Shown in pieces: positions 1-8,051 of a DNA stretch of 21,398 nt. Source of the stretch: Vulcanimicrobiaceae bacterium (lineage in GTDB: Bacteria > Vulcanimicrobiota > Vulcanimicrobiia > Vulcanimicrobiales > Vulcanimicrobiaceae); NCBI GenBank assembly GCA_046262595.1, contig JBHEMM010000001.1:1-21398 (forward strand), in the 5' to 3' direction. Both the position numbers and the translations under genes were made by a program. How positions within the stretch are numbered: position 1 is the stretch's first letter; each line of letters opens with the position of its first letter. A model generated the notes under the pieces. That model saw only the letters and a list, made by a program, of their open reading frames with translations, ran no database searches and was not told where the DNA came from.

Positions 1-28
1 CTGCCTTAATGATATCGGTCAAGGCCAT
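1..28 (-). CDS. Possible 5' end of a divergent gene running off the window (MALTDIIKA...)
   Basis: The reverse complement reads ATG GCC TTG ACC GAT ATC ATT AAG GCA with no stop, and has an in-frame TTG at 37. A -10-like TATTAT lies at 49-44 on the minus strand. Only 9 codons are visible. Confidence 0.3.
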
Positions 29-119
29 CCGGGGCAACCGTTAATAATACGGGCCTTTATTCCGAGCTTCGTCTCAGCCGGCACGGCGCCGAAGCACCCG
101 TAGCGCGTGTAGTGTTAAC

Positions 120-148
120 TTGACGATATGTCGCTTATACCGTACTAT
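120..148 (+). promoter_or_regulatory. Sigma70-type promoter for the membrane protein/Xre operon
   Basis: TTGACG (120-125), a 17-nt spacer and TACTAT (143-148) in an AT-richer island. The inverted repeat CTTATA-N6-TATAAG (134-151) overlaps the -10. Confidence 0.7.
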
Positions 149-154
149 AAGTCG

Positions 155-568
155 GTGAAACGTGACACCCAAATGACTTTGCGCGAAAAACAGATCGCCC
201 GCCGCTATACAATCCAACTGGCCGGACTTATGGCGTTGTACGTCGTCGTGCTGCTCGCGAGCATCCGTACACTCCAGACCCACCACTTCGGCCCGGTGCT
301 GCAGGCGCTGGTTGCGGCGACCCCGGCGCTGCCGATGTTCGGCGTCGTTGCGGCAGTGATTCAGTTCATGCTGGGCATCGACGAACTGCAGCGCCAGATC
401 CATTTGGAGGCGCTCGCGATAGCCGCCGGCATCACGGCAGCGCTTGCGATGACGTACACGTTCCTCGAAGGTGCCGGCCTGCCGCATTCGCAGGCGTGGT
501 GGGCCTTCGCGTGCGTCGATATCATCTGGGCGGTCTCGCTTCCGTTCGTCAAACGCCGGTACGCTTGA
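155..568 (+). CDS. Hypothetical membrane protein with about 4 TM segments, of the type that precedes Xre regulators (DUF2178-like DE motif)
   Basis: Four hydrophobic stretches, a DELQRQIHLEA loop and a C-terminal KRRY. The track's ATG at 128 lies inside the promoter, so the start is more likely GTG 155 or ATG 173. TGATG coupling to the next gene. Confidence 0.75.
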   Translation: MKRDTQMTLREKQIARRYTIQLAGLMALYVVVLLASIRTLQTHHFGPVLQALVAATPALPMFGVVAAVIQFMLGIDELQRQIHLEALAIAAGITAALAMTYTFLEGAGLPHSQAWWAFACVDIIWAVSLPFVKRRYA

Positions 569-771
569 TGAAGAACCGCATTCGCGTCCTGCGTGCCGAA
601 CGGGAGTGGTCGCAAGCCGAGGTCGCGGAACGGCTCGGGATTGCGCGCCAGACCGTCAATGCGCTTGAAACGGGAAAATACGCACCGAGCCTGCCGCTCG
701 CGTTCAAAATTGCAAAATTGTTTCAAACGCCTGTCGATCGCGTGTTCGACGCGGAACCGGCGAACGAGTAA
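568..771 (+). CDS. Xre/Cro-C1 family helix-turn-helix transcriptional regulator (67 aa)
   Basis: MKNRIRVLRAEREWSQAEVAERLGIARQTVNALETGKYAPSLPLAFKIAKLF is a canonical HTH_3 pattern. ATG 568 overlaps the upstream stop. Confidence 0.93.
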   Translation: MKNRIRVLRAEREWSQAEVAERLGIARQTVNALETGKYAPSLPLAFKIAKLFQTPVDRVFDAEPANE

Positions 772-783
772 CAAACGCCTGGC

Positions 784-806
784 CGCCGCGGCAAAACGAC
801 GCGGCG
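784..806 (+). other. GC-rich hairpin downstream of the Xre gene (no U-tract; possibly a weak terminator or part of the leader)
   Basis: CGCCGCG (784-790) pairs with CGCGGCG (800-806) around a 9-nt loop. Confidence 0.4.
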
Positions 807-906
807 CACGCGCGCGTTACGAGAGTGAAAACCTTTTTGCCGTGAAAGGGTCATGAAGAAAAGGAGGCAGGGCGTCCTCTCGCCCAACCCCCTACCAAGA
901 ACTCGC

Positions 907-1914
907 ATGACAGCAACAGAACTTTCCTCCACGCCGGAGATCGAACGTCAAACCCGGCAAATTTTCGAACGGATCGAGCACATCATTCCGCGCGTCGAAT
1001 GGCCCGTGCACGCACCCTACGTTGCGGAAATCAACCGCCTCAAACGCGAACGCAACGCGGTCATCCTGGCGCACAACTATCAAGTTCCGGAGATCTTCCA
1101 CACGGTTGCCGACATCGTCGGCGATTCGCTCGGCCTAGCGGTGGAAGCAGCGCAAACCAGCGCGGACGTGATCGTGCTGTGCGGTGTTCACTTCATGGCG
1201 GAAACCGCGAAGCTCGTCAACCCGGAAAAGACCGTTCTCGTGCCCGACCTGCGCGCCGGCTGTTCGCTCGCGGAATCCATCACCGGCGCCGACGTACGCC
1301 TGCTGCGCGAAAAATATCCCGGCGTGCCCGTCGTCACGTACGTGAACACCTCGGCCGAAGTGAAAGCGGAGTCAGACGTGTGCGTGACCAGCGGCAACGC
1401 CGTGAAGATCGTCAACGCGCTCGACGTGCCGCGCGTCATCTTTCTGCCCGACGAATATCTCGCCAAGTACGTGGCAACGCAGACCTCCACGGAAATCATC
1501 GCATGGAAAGGCCACTGCGAGGTGCACGAGCGTTTCACCGGAGCGCAAATCCGCGCGTACCGCGATCACGATCCCTCGCTTGTCGTGCTCGCGCATCCGG
1601 AATGCCCGCCCGGCGTTCTTTCTGAAGCCGACTTTGTGGGCTCGACCTCGGGGATGATCCGTTACGTGGACGAACAGCGGCCCTCGCGCGTCGTCATGAT
1701 CACCGAGTGTTCGATGGCGAGCAACGTTTCGGCAAGCTTCCCCAGCGTGGAGTTCGTGCGCCCCTGCAACCTGTGTCCGCACATGAAGCGCAACACGCTG
1801 CCGAAGATTCTGCATTCGCTGCAGATGATGCAGCACGAAGTGACGATCGATCCTGCCGTCGCCGTGCGCGCACGCGCCGCCGTCGATCGCATGCTCGCGT
1901 TCTCCCGGGGCTGA
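907..1914 (+). CDS. nadA: Quinolinate synthase ([4Fe-4S])
   Basis: Motifs [57 protein letters not shown] and CNLCPHMK; the three cluster Cys are present. The start could also be ATG 853. Confidence 0.97.
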   Translation: MTATELSSTPEIERQTRQIFERIEHIIPRVEWPVHAPYVAEINRLKRERNAVILAHNYQVPEIFHTVADIVGDSLGLAVEAAQTSADVIVLCGVHFMAETAKLVNPEKTVLVPDLRAGCSLAESITGADVRLLREKYPGVPVVTYVNTSAEVKAESDVCVTSGNAVKIVNALDVPRVIFLPDEYLAKYVATQTSTEIIAWKGHCEVHERFTGAQIRAYRDHDPSLVVLAHPECPPGVLSEADFVGSTSGMIRYVDEQRPSRVVMITECSMASNVSASFPSVEFVRPCNLCPHMKRNTLPKILHSLQMMQHEVTIDPAVAVRARAAVDRMLAFSRG

Positions 1915-1915
1915 C

Positions 1916-3439
1916 GTGAACGCCGAACGCGCTGCCGTCATTGTCGGCGCCGGTATCGGCGGCCTTACCGCAGCGCTCAAACTCGCGCCGATGCGCGTCA
2001 CGGTGCTTTCAAAAACAGCGCTCGGCAGCGGCGCCGCTTCAGAATGGGCGCAAGGCGGCATTGCCGCCGCAATGGGTGCCGACGATTCTCCGCATCTGCA
2101 TCAGATCGACACGCAGCGCGCGGGCGCCGGGCTTTCCGATGAAGCGATTGTCGAAATTCTGACGCGAGATGCACCGGCGCGCGTTGAAGAACTGCTCGAA
2201 CTCGGCGCGAGCTTCGATCGCACGGCCAGCGGCGCGCTCGCGCTCGGACGCGAGGCGGCGCACAACCGGCGCCGCATCGTCAAAGCGGGCGGCGATGCGA
2301 CGGGTCACGAGATCTTGAAAACCCTCATTGCGGCGGTTCGCGCAACGCCTTCCATCGAAGTGCTCGAAAACGCCGTCGCGGACGATCTCATTGTGCACGG
2401 CGGCGCCGTGCACGGCGTGTTCGCGCACGATGCACTGACGAAGGAAAGCTTTGCGCTCAGCGCGCGTGCAACCGTCCTTGCGGCCGGCGGAATCGGACGA
2501 CTCTACCGGTACACGACAAATCCGCTGCAATCCACGGGGGACGGCATCGCCATGGCAGCGCGGGCCGGCGCCGTTGTGAGCGATATGGAGTTCGTGCAGT
2601 TCCATCCCACGGCGCTTGCGGCGCTGCGCGATCCGCTTGCGCTCGTGACGGAAGCGATCCGCGGTGAAGGCGCGATCCTTCGCGACGATTTAGGCGAGCG
2701 TTTCATGCTCGAGGAACACCCTGATGCGGAACTCGCACCGCGCGATGTCGTCGCCCGGAGCATTTTTTTTCAGCAGCGTGCCGGCCGGACCGTCGGTTTG
2801 GACGCGCGCGAAACGATCGGCGATCGCTTTCCCGAAAAGTTTCCGACGGTATTTGCGGCGTGCATGGATGCCGGCGTCGATCCGCGCCGCGTTGCGATTC
2901 CTGTGACGCCCGCAGCACACTACCACATGGGCGGCATCGCCGTTGACGAATGGGGACGCTCGAGTTTGCCCGGCCTTTGGGCGTGCGGTGAGACCAGCGC
3001 GACGGGCGTGCATGGCGCGAACCGTTTAGCGAGCAATTCGCTGCTCGAAGCGCTCGTGTACGGATCGCGCGTGGCCTGCGATGTGAGCGGCTCGCTCGCG
3101 GCGCGCGTGCAGCCGCCGTCCCAAACGAACGCGTTCGCGCCGCCCGCCTCCGACGCGGCGCAAGCTGTTGCGGATCTGCGCGCGGTGATGTACGCGAACG
3201 TCGGACTCGTGCGCAACGCGCAAGGCTTGGGCACCGCGCTGCGGCGGATCCGCGATCTGCAAGCGGCGCAGCCGGTGCATGACGGCGAACTGCGCAACCT
3301 TCTGACGGTTGCGCAGCTCGTCACACAAGCCGCACTCGCACGCAAGGAAAGCCGCGGCAGCCACTACCGCAGCGATTATCCGCAGACGAGCACCGCCTTC
3401 GCGAAACGATCGTTCACCACGCTGGGCGTCGTTGCTTAA
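1916..3439 (+). CDS. nadB: L-aspartate oxidase
   Basis: FAD motif GAGIGG, plus SEWAQGGIAA, FVQFHPT, TEAIRGEGA, ELAPRDVVAR, HYHMGGI, HGANRLASNSLLE and ESRGSHYRSDYP. Lies between nadA and nadC. Confidence 0.95.
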   Translation: MNAERAAVIVGAGIGGLTAALKLAPMRVTVLSKTALGSGAASEWAQGGIAAAMGADDSPHLHQIDTQRAGAGLSDEAIVEILTRDAPARVEELLELGASFDRTASGALALGREAAHNRRRIVKAGGDATGHEILKTLIAAVRATPSIEVLENAVADDLIVHGGAVHGVFAHDALTKESFALSARATVLAAGGIGRLYRYTTNPLQSTGDGIAMAARAGAVVSDMEFVQFHPTALAALRDPLALVTEAIRGEGAILRDDLGERFMLEEHPDAELAPRDVVARSIFFQQRAGRTVGLDARETIGDRFPEKFPTVFAACMDAGVDPRRVAIPVTPAAHYHMGGIAVDEWGRSSLPGLWACGETSATGVHGANRLASNSLLEALVYGSRVACDVSGSLAARVQPPSQTNAFAPPASDAAQAVADLRAVMYANVGLVRNAQGLGTALRRIRDLQAAQPVHDGELRNLLTVAQLVTQAALARKESRGSHYRSDYPQTSTAFAKRSFTTLGVVA

Positions 3440-4280
3440 TCCGCCGCCGCGCCTGATCGCCGAACCGGTCGTGCGCGCCGCGCTGCTGGAGGATATCGGC
3501 CACGGCAGCGACCTGACGACGGACGCAATCGTTCCTGCCGGGCTGCAGGCCCGCGGGCGGATCGTCGCGCGCAAACCCGGCACCATCGCCGGCTTGGAGG
3601 CCGCAGTACTCGCCTTCGAACTGCTGGATCGCGATGCGAACGTTACGGTCCACGTCCGCGACGGCGAGCTCGCGAGCGCCGGCGCACCGGTTGCCGTTAT
3701 TGCGTGCGCGGCGCGCGCGCTTCTCACCGGCGAGCGTACGGCGCTGAACATTGCATGCCGGCTCTCGGGCATTGCAACCGCAACGCGCGCGCTCGTCGAC
3801 GCGGTCGCCGGCTCGCGCGCAAAGATCGTCTGCACGCGAAAGACCACTCCCGGTTTGCGCGCGCTCGAGAAATATGCGGTGCGCTGCGGCGGCGGTTTCA
3901 ACCACCGCTTCGGACTTGACGACGCGGTCCTCATCAAAGACAACCACTTGGCACTGGCCGGCTCCGTGCGGGCGGCGGTTGATGCCGTGCGCAAAAGCTG
4001 CGGCCACATGGTCAAGGTCCAAGTCGAAGTGGACACGCTCGAACAACTCGAGCAAGCCTTGGAGTGCGGCGTCGACGCCGTGCTGCTCGACAACATGCAC
4101 GGCGCCGGACTGGAGCGCGCCGTTGCTATGGCCGGGGGACGCGTGCTTACCGAGGCCTCAGGCTCCATCACTCCCGAGCGTGCCGCGGCGGTGGCACGGA
4201 CCGGCGTGGACCTGATCTCCTCGGGCTGGCTTACCCACAGCGCTCCCGCGCTGGATTTGGGATTGGACGTCGAAGAATAG
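3432..4280 (+). CDS. nadC: Nicotinate-nucleotide pyrophosphorylase (carboxylating), quinolinate phosphoribosyltransferase
   Basis: Motifs ALLEDIG..DLTT, GERTALN, TRKTTPGLR, HRFGLDDAVLIKDNH, EVDTLEQL, LLDNM and EASG. An in-frame TTG at 3432 overlaps the nadB stop by 8 nt; the track's start at 3309 is an over-extension. Confidence 0.96.
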   Translation: MLNPPPRLIAEPVVRAALLEDIGHGSDLTTDAIVPAGLQARGRIVARKPGTIAGLEAAVLAFELLDRDANVTVHVRDGELASAGAPVAVIACAARALLTGERTALNIACRLSGIATATRALVDAVAGSRAKIVCTRKTTPGLRALEKYAVRCGGGFNHRFGLDDAVLIKDNHLALAGSVRAAVDAVRKSCGHMVKVQVEVDTLEQLEQALECGVDAVLLDNMHGAGLERAVAMAGGRVLTEASGSITPERAAAVARTGVDLISSGWLTHSAPALDLGLDVEE

Positions 4281-4286
4281 CGCGCT

Positions 4287-5693
4287 ATGGAAACGCGCAG
4301 AGCACCCGAAAAGGCCCCCGCCGCCACCGCCTACGACGCCGACACACCGCAAGCGCTGGTCGATTTCATGTCGACGGGCTGGACCGACGCGGCAATCACC
4401 GTGGCGCATATTCCGCACGCCGATCAATATCGACGCCGCCGCGACGCGCTTTCGAGCGCGTATCCGGGCGAATACCTCGTCGTCCCGTCCGGAACGGAAC
4501 GCGTGCGCGCGAACGACACGACCTTTCGGTTCCGCACCGCGAGCGACTTTGCGTATTTGGCGGGCCCGGGCGAACCCGACGGCATGCTGGTGCTCGAACC
4601 GCGTGAGAGCGGCGGTCATGCATCGCTGCTGTTCGTCTTGCCGCACAACCGCGGCAAGGCCGAGTTCTTCACGGATCGCGTGCACGGCGAGCTGTGGGTC
4701 GGCCGGCATCGCGGCGTGGATGAAAGTCAAATCTACTACGGCGTGGATGCGTGCCGTCCGAGCACGGAGATCGAAACGTACCTCGACGATCTGCGCATCC
4801 GCGGCGCGAAGGTGCGCCATGCGGACGAGGATGCCGAGTTTGCCACGCACGTGAGCGAGATGCGCCTAATCAAGGACTCCGTGGAGATTGCGGAGCTGCG
4901 CACGTGCGTGCAGATCACCAAGCGCGCGTTCGAGGATGTCATCGGCATCATGGGAGCCGCTTCTTCGGAACGGGAAGTCGAGGCGGCATTTTGGCGGCGC
5001 GCGCGCATGGAAGCGAACGACGTCGGTTATTTGACGATAGCGGCGTGCGGCGAACATGCGTGCACGCTGCACTGGACGCAAAACCACGGCAGCGTGCGGC
5101 GCGGCGATCTGCTGCTGCTTGATGCGGGCGTTGAAGTCGAATCGCTCTACACCGCCGATGTCACGCGTACGCTTCCGGTGAACGGAACGTTTTCGCCCGA
5201 GCAGCGCAAAGTCTACGATCTCGTTTACGAAGCGCAGAAAGCGGCATTCGCGCAAGTGAAACCGGGCAACGACTTTCTCGCGCCGAACAATGCCGCCATG
5301 CGTGTCCTGACGCAGGGTTTGATCGATCTCGGCATCTTAAAATGCTCGCTCGAGGAAGCGCTCGATCCGGCCAGGATGTACCATAAACGGTATACGCTGC
5401 ACGGCGTGAGCCATATGTTGGGCATCGACGTGCACGACTGCGCGAAGGCGCGCCGCGAGAACTACCGCTACGGCAAACTGCGGGCCGGCATGGTGCTCAC
5501 CGTGGAGCCGGGCCTGTATTTTCAGCCCGACGACGCCACCGTTCCACCGGCGCTTCGCGGTATAGGCGTGCGCATCGAAGACGACGTCGCCGTCACCGAA
5601 GACGGTCATGAGAACCTTTCGGCCATTCTTCCCTCAGCTGCCGCCGAAGTGGAAGCGTGGATCGCGTCTATCGCGACCAAGTCCTCGAAGTAG
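4287..5693 (+). CDS. pepP: Xaa-Pro aminopeptidase (aminopeptidase P, M24B)
   Basis: AMP_N-like N-terminal domain (RANDTTFRFR..SDFAYL) and metal-ligand motifs LLDAG, ADVTRT, HGVSHMLGIDVHD, TVEPGLY and GVRIEDD. Confidence 0.92.
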   Translation: METRRAPEKAPAATAYDADTPQALVDFMSTGWTDAAITVAHIPHADQYRRRRDALSSAYPGEYLVVPSGTERVRANDTTFRFRTASDFAYLAGPGEPDGMLVLEPRESGGHASLLFVLPHNRGKAEFFTDRVHGELWVGRHRGVDESQIYYGVDACRPSTEIETYLDDLRIRGAKVRHADEDAEFATHVSEMRLIKDSVEIAELRTCVQITKRAFEDVIGIMGAASSEREVEAAFWRRARMEANDVGYLTIAACGEHACTLHWTQNHGSVRRGDLLLLDAGVEVESLYTADVTRTLPVNGTFSPEQRKVYDLVYEAQKAAFAQVKPGNDFLAPNNAAMRVLTQGLIDLGILKCSLEEALDPARMYHKRYTLHGVSHMLGIDVHDCAKARRENYRYGKLRAGMVLTVEPGLYFQPDDATVPPALRGIGVRIEDDVAVTEDGHENLSAILPSAAAEVEAWIASIATKSSK

Positions 5694-7174
5694 AGCCGAC
5701 CGGTATTGAATTCGTCGCCGCGCAGCAGCGGCACGGTTCTGCGCGTTCGCTATTCGGTTTATGGTTCTCCGCCAACGCCGAAATAGCGACGTGGATGGTC
5801 GGCGTTTTCGCCGTTGCGTTGTACGGAACGAGCTTGCGGGGCGCCGCAATCGGCCTTATCGCCGGAAATTTGCTCGGCTTCGCGCTGCTCGGCGTCCTCG
5901 CGACGTTCGGGCCAGCCTACGGCGTGCCGCAGATGGTCGCCTCGCGTCTTGCGTTCGGACGTTATGCCAATGCGGTTCCGGCGGCGCTAAGTTTTCTTGC
6001 GGGCGTCGGCTGGTTCGCCATCAACACCGTCTTCGGCGCGTATGCGCTGCAAACGATCGTGCATCTGCCCTATGCGGCGGCGCTTGCCGTCATGCTGGCC
6101 GGGCAGATCGTTCTTGCCGTTTACGGTTACAACCTGATCCACCGGTTTGAAGCGCTCAGCGCGCTGCTGCTCGCCGGGGGCTTTGCACTTTTGGGCTTTG
6201 CGACGTTTGCACGCGCCGATTGGCATGCGGGCTTCAACTCGCACGCGTTGCTCGCAGGCGGCGGCGAAGCGGGCGGCATCGTCCTTGCCAGTGCGCTGGG
6301 CTTTTCGTATGCAACGGGCTGGGTGCCGTGCGCGTCGGATTATTCGCGCTATCTTCCCGAAACGGCGAGCCGGCGCGCGATCTGGTGGTATGCGTTCCTG
6401 GGCTGCGTCGTGCCGTGCATAGCGCTCGAGATCATCGGCGCGGCCACCGTAACGGCGGTGCGGGGAACGGCGCTTGGCGATGCAAGCCCGACGCAAGCCA
6501 TCGCAGCACTTCTGGGCAACACCGCGATATCGACGCCGGTGCTGCTCGCAGTCGTTCTGGGAACGCTCACCGCGAACTGCATGAACCTGTACTCCGGCGC
6601 GATGGCAGCTCTCGTCGTGCACTTTCCGCGCGGCGATCGAACAGCCTCACTCCTGCTGGGCTGCGCGTTCGGTGCGGCCACGGCCTCGCTTTTTCTGCTG
6701 GCGCACACCGGCGCTGCGCTCGCAGGCGGCCTGGGCGCGCTGGTGTTCGCCGTGGTCGCCGCCGCAGGAACCGTGCGCATGCAGCGCTGGTTCGCCGCCG
6801 TCGTCGTCGGCATCATCGGCGCGGCGATCGCGTCGGGCGGCGGTCATCCCGATGAAACGGCAAAGGTGTACACCAATTTTTTGCTGCTGCTCTCGTACTG
6901 GGCGTCGCCGTGGGCTGCAACGGTGCTCGTCGATCATCTGCAGCGGCGCGGTTTGCCGGGCGATTTGGCGTGCCTTCCGGCCGTACGCTCGGGCATGTAC
7001 GCGTGGCTGCTGGGCCTCGCGGCTTCGATCCCGTTTTGGAATCAAGCGTGGTTCACCGGACCGTTCGCGCACGCATACCCGCAATTCGGCGACCTTTCGT
7101 ACTACGTCGGCTTCGCCGCCGCCGCCCTTGTCATGGTGTTGTTCAACGATGCTCGACGTCTCGCACGTACGTAA
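5657..7174 (+). CDS. NCS1-family (purine/cytosine/vitamin) permease
   Basis: Motifs E..GIE....RHG...LFGLWFSAN, G.PQMVASR.AFG, GWFAIN, W.P.ASDYSRYLP, N..NLYSG and GDLSYYVGF. At least 12 hydrophobic segments. GTG start overlaps pepP by 37 nt. Confidence 0.9.
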   Translation: MDRVYRDQVLEVEPTGIEFVAAQQRHGSARSLFGLWFSANAEIATWMVGVFAVALYGTSLRGAAIGLIAGNLLGFALLGVLATFGPAYGVPQMVASRLAFGRYANAVPAALSFLAGVGWFAINTVFGAYALQTIVHLPYAAALAVMLAGQIVLAVYGYNLIHRFEALSALLLAGGFALLGFATFARADWHAGFNSHALLAGGGEAGGIVLASALGFSYATGWVPCASDYSRYLPETASRRAIWWYAFLGCVVPCIALEIIGAATVTAVRGTALGDASPTQAIAALLGNTAISTPVLLAVVLGTLTANCMNLYSGAMAALVVHFPRGDRTASLLLGCAFGAATASLFLLAHTGAALAGGLGALVFAVVAAAGTVRMQRWFAAVVVGIIGAAIASGGGHPDETAKVYTNFLLLLSYWASPWAATVLVDHLQRRGLPGDLACLPAVRSGMYAWLLGLAASIPFWNQAWFTGPFAHAYPQFGDLSYYVGFAAAALVMVLFNDARRLART

Positions 7175-8051
7175 GGAGTTCGGCGCCGTGCGCGCCGTTC
7201 GAGACGTTTCGTTCGGCATTCCGGCCGGCTCGACGTTCGGTCTGCTCGGGCCGAACGGTGCCGGGAAAACCACGACCATGCGCATGATCGCCGGCATCTA
7301 TGCTCCAGACGGCGGCAGCGTAACGTGGAACGGGCAGCGCATAACGAACGCCGTGCGCCGGCGCTTCGGCTACATGCCGGAAGAACGCGGCCTGTACGGT
7401 AAAATGAAAGTGCGCGAGCAGATCGAGTATTTCGGGCGCCTGCACGGGCTGACCGATCCCGGCGTCCGGGCGCGATCGGATGATTGGATCGGGCGGTTGG
7501 GGCTGGGCACCTACGCGCTGCGTCCGTGTGCGGAGCTCTCGAAAGGCAATCAGCAGAAAGTGCAGATCGCGTGCGCAGCGGTGCACGATCCCGAACTGCT
7601 CATTCTCGATGAGCCGTTTTCCGGGTTGGATCCGGTCAACGCCGACATGCTGCTCGAAACGCTCGCTGCGCTCAAGGCGCACGGCACGACGCTCGTGCTT
7701 TCGAGTCATCAGATGTGGCAGCTGGAGGGCCTGTGCGATACGTTCTGCATCATCACCGGGGGCGAAAACCGCACCGGCGGCACGCTCGCGCAATTGCGCG
7801 CGCAGTGGCCGACGCGCATCATCAAGGTCGAGCCGTCATCGGCAAGCGTGCGTTCCGTCCTGCAGGCGATTCCCGGAGCGCGCGCCATCGCGTCCGAAGG
7901 CGGCGCGGCGCTCTATGAGGTTCCGGCTGCGACGGTGCTCGGGCCTTTGCTGCGCAGGCTGGTTCAAACGGAGGCGATGACGCGCTTCGAAGCGATCGAG
8001 CCGGCGCTGCACGACATTTACATCCGCGCCATTTCGAGCGCACGCGCATGA
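7149..8051 (+). CDS. ABC-2 type exporter ATP-binding protein (NatA/YhaQ-like)
   Basis: Starts MLDVSHVRKEFG at ATG 7149. Walker A GPNGAGKTT, GYMPEERGLY, signature LSKGNQQK, Walker B LILDEPFSGLDP and H-loop SSH. Confidence 0.93.
   Translation: MLDVSHVRKEFGAVRAVRDVSFGIPAGSTFGLLGPNGAGKTTTMRMIAGIYAPDGGSVTWNGQRITNAVRRRFGYMPEERGLYGKMKVREQIEYFGRLHGLTDPGVRARSDDWIGRLGLGTYALRPCAELSKGNQQKVQIACAAVHDPELLILDEPFSGLDPVNADMLLETLAALKAHGTTLVLSSHQMWQLEGLCDTFCIITGGENRTGGTLAQLRAQWPTRIIKVEPSSASVRSVLQAIPGARAIASEGGAALYEVPAATVLGPLLRRLVQTEAMTRFEAIEPALHDIYIRAISSARA

Noticed and set aside
112..119. GTGTTAAC next to TTGACG, also present on the minus strand at 14519-14526
   Set aside because: An 8-mer with a different arrangement relative to the -35 in the two places. 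Too weak to claim a shared regulator.
885..895. CAACCCC run before nadA, reminiscent of the junction sequence I recall from NAD+-I aptamers
   Set aside because: I cannot find the flanking helices needed for that fold, so it is not called as an NAD+-I riboswitch.
3026..4327. 433-aa antisense ORF over nadB/nadC, and many other long alternate-frame ORFs (e.g. 14054-15040, 11530-12327)
   Set aside because: Shadow ORFs expected in high-GC coding DNA. They are rich in Ser, Arg and Ala, show no motifs, and fully overlap well-supported genes.
6672..7148. 159-aa N-terminal extension on the ABC ATPase, suggesting a fusion
   Set aside because: It lies within the NCS1 gene in another frame and has nonsense composition. 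The ATPase starts naturally at ATG 7149.
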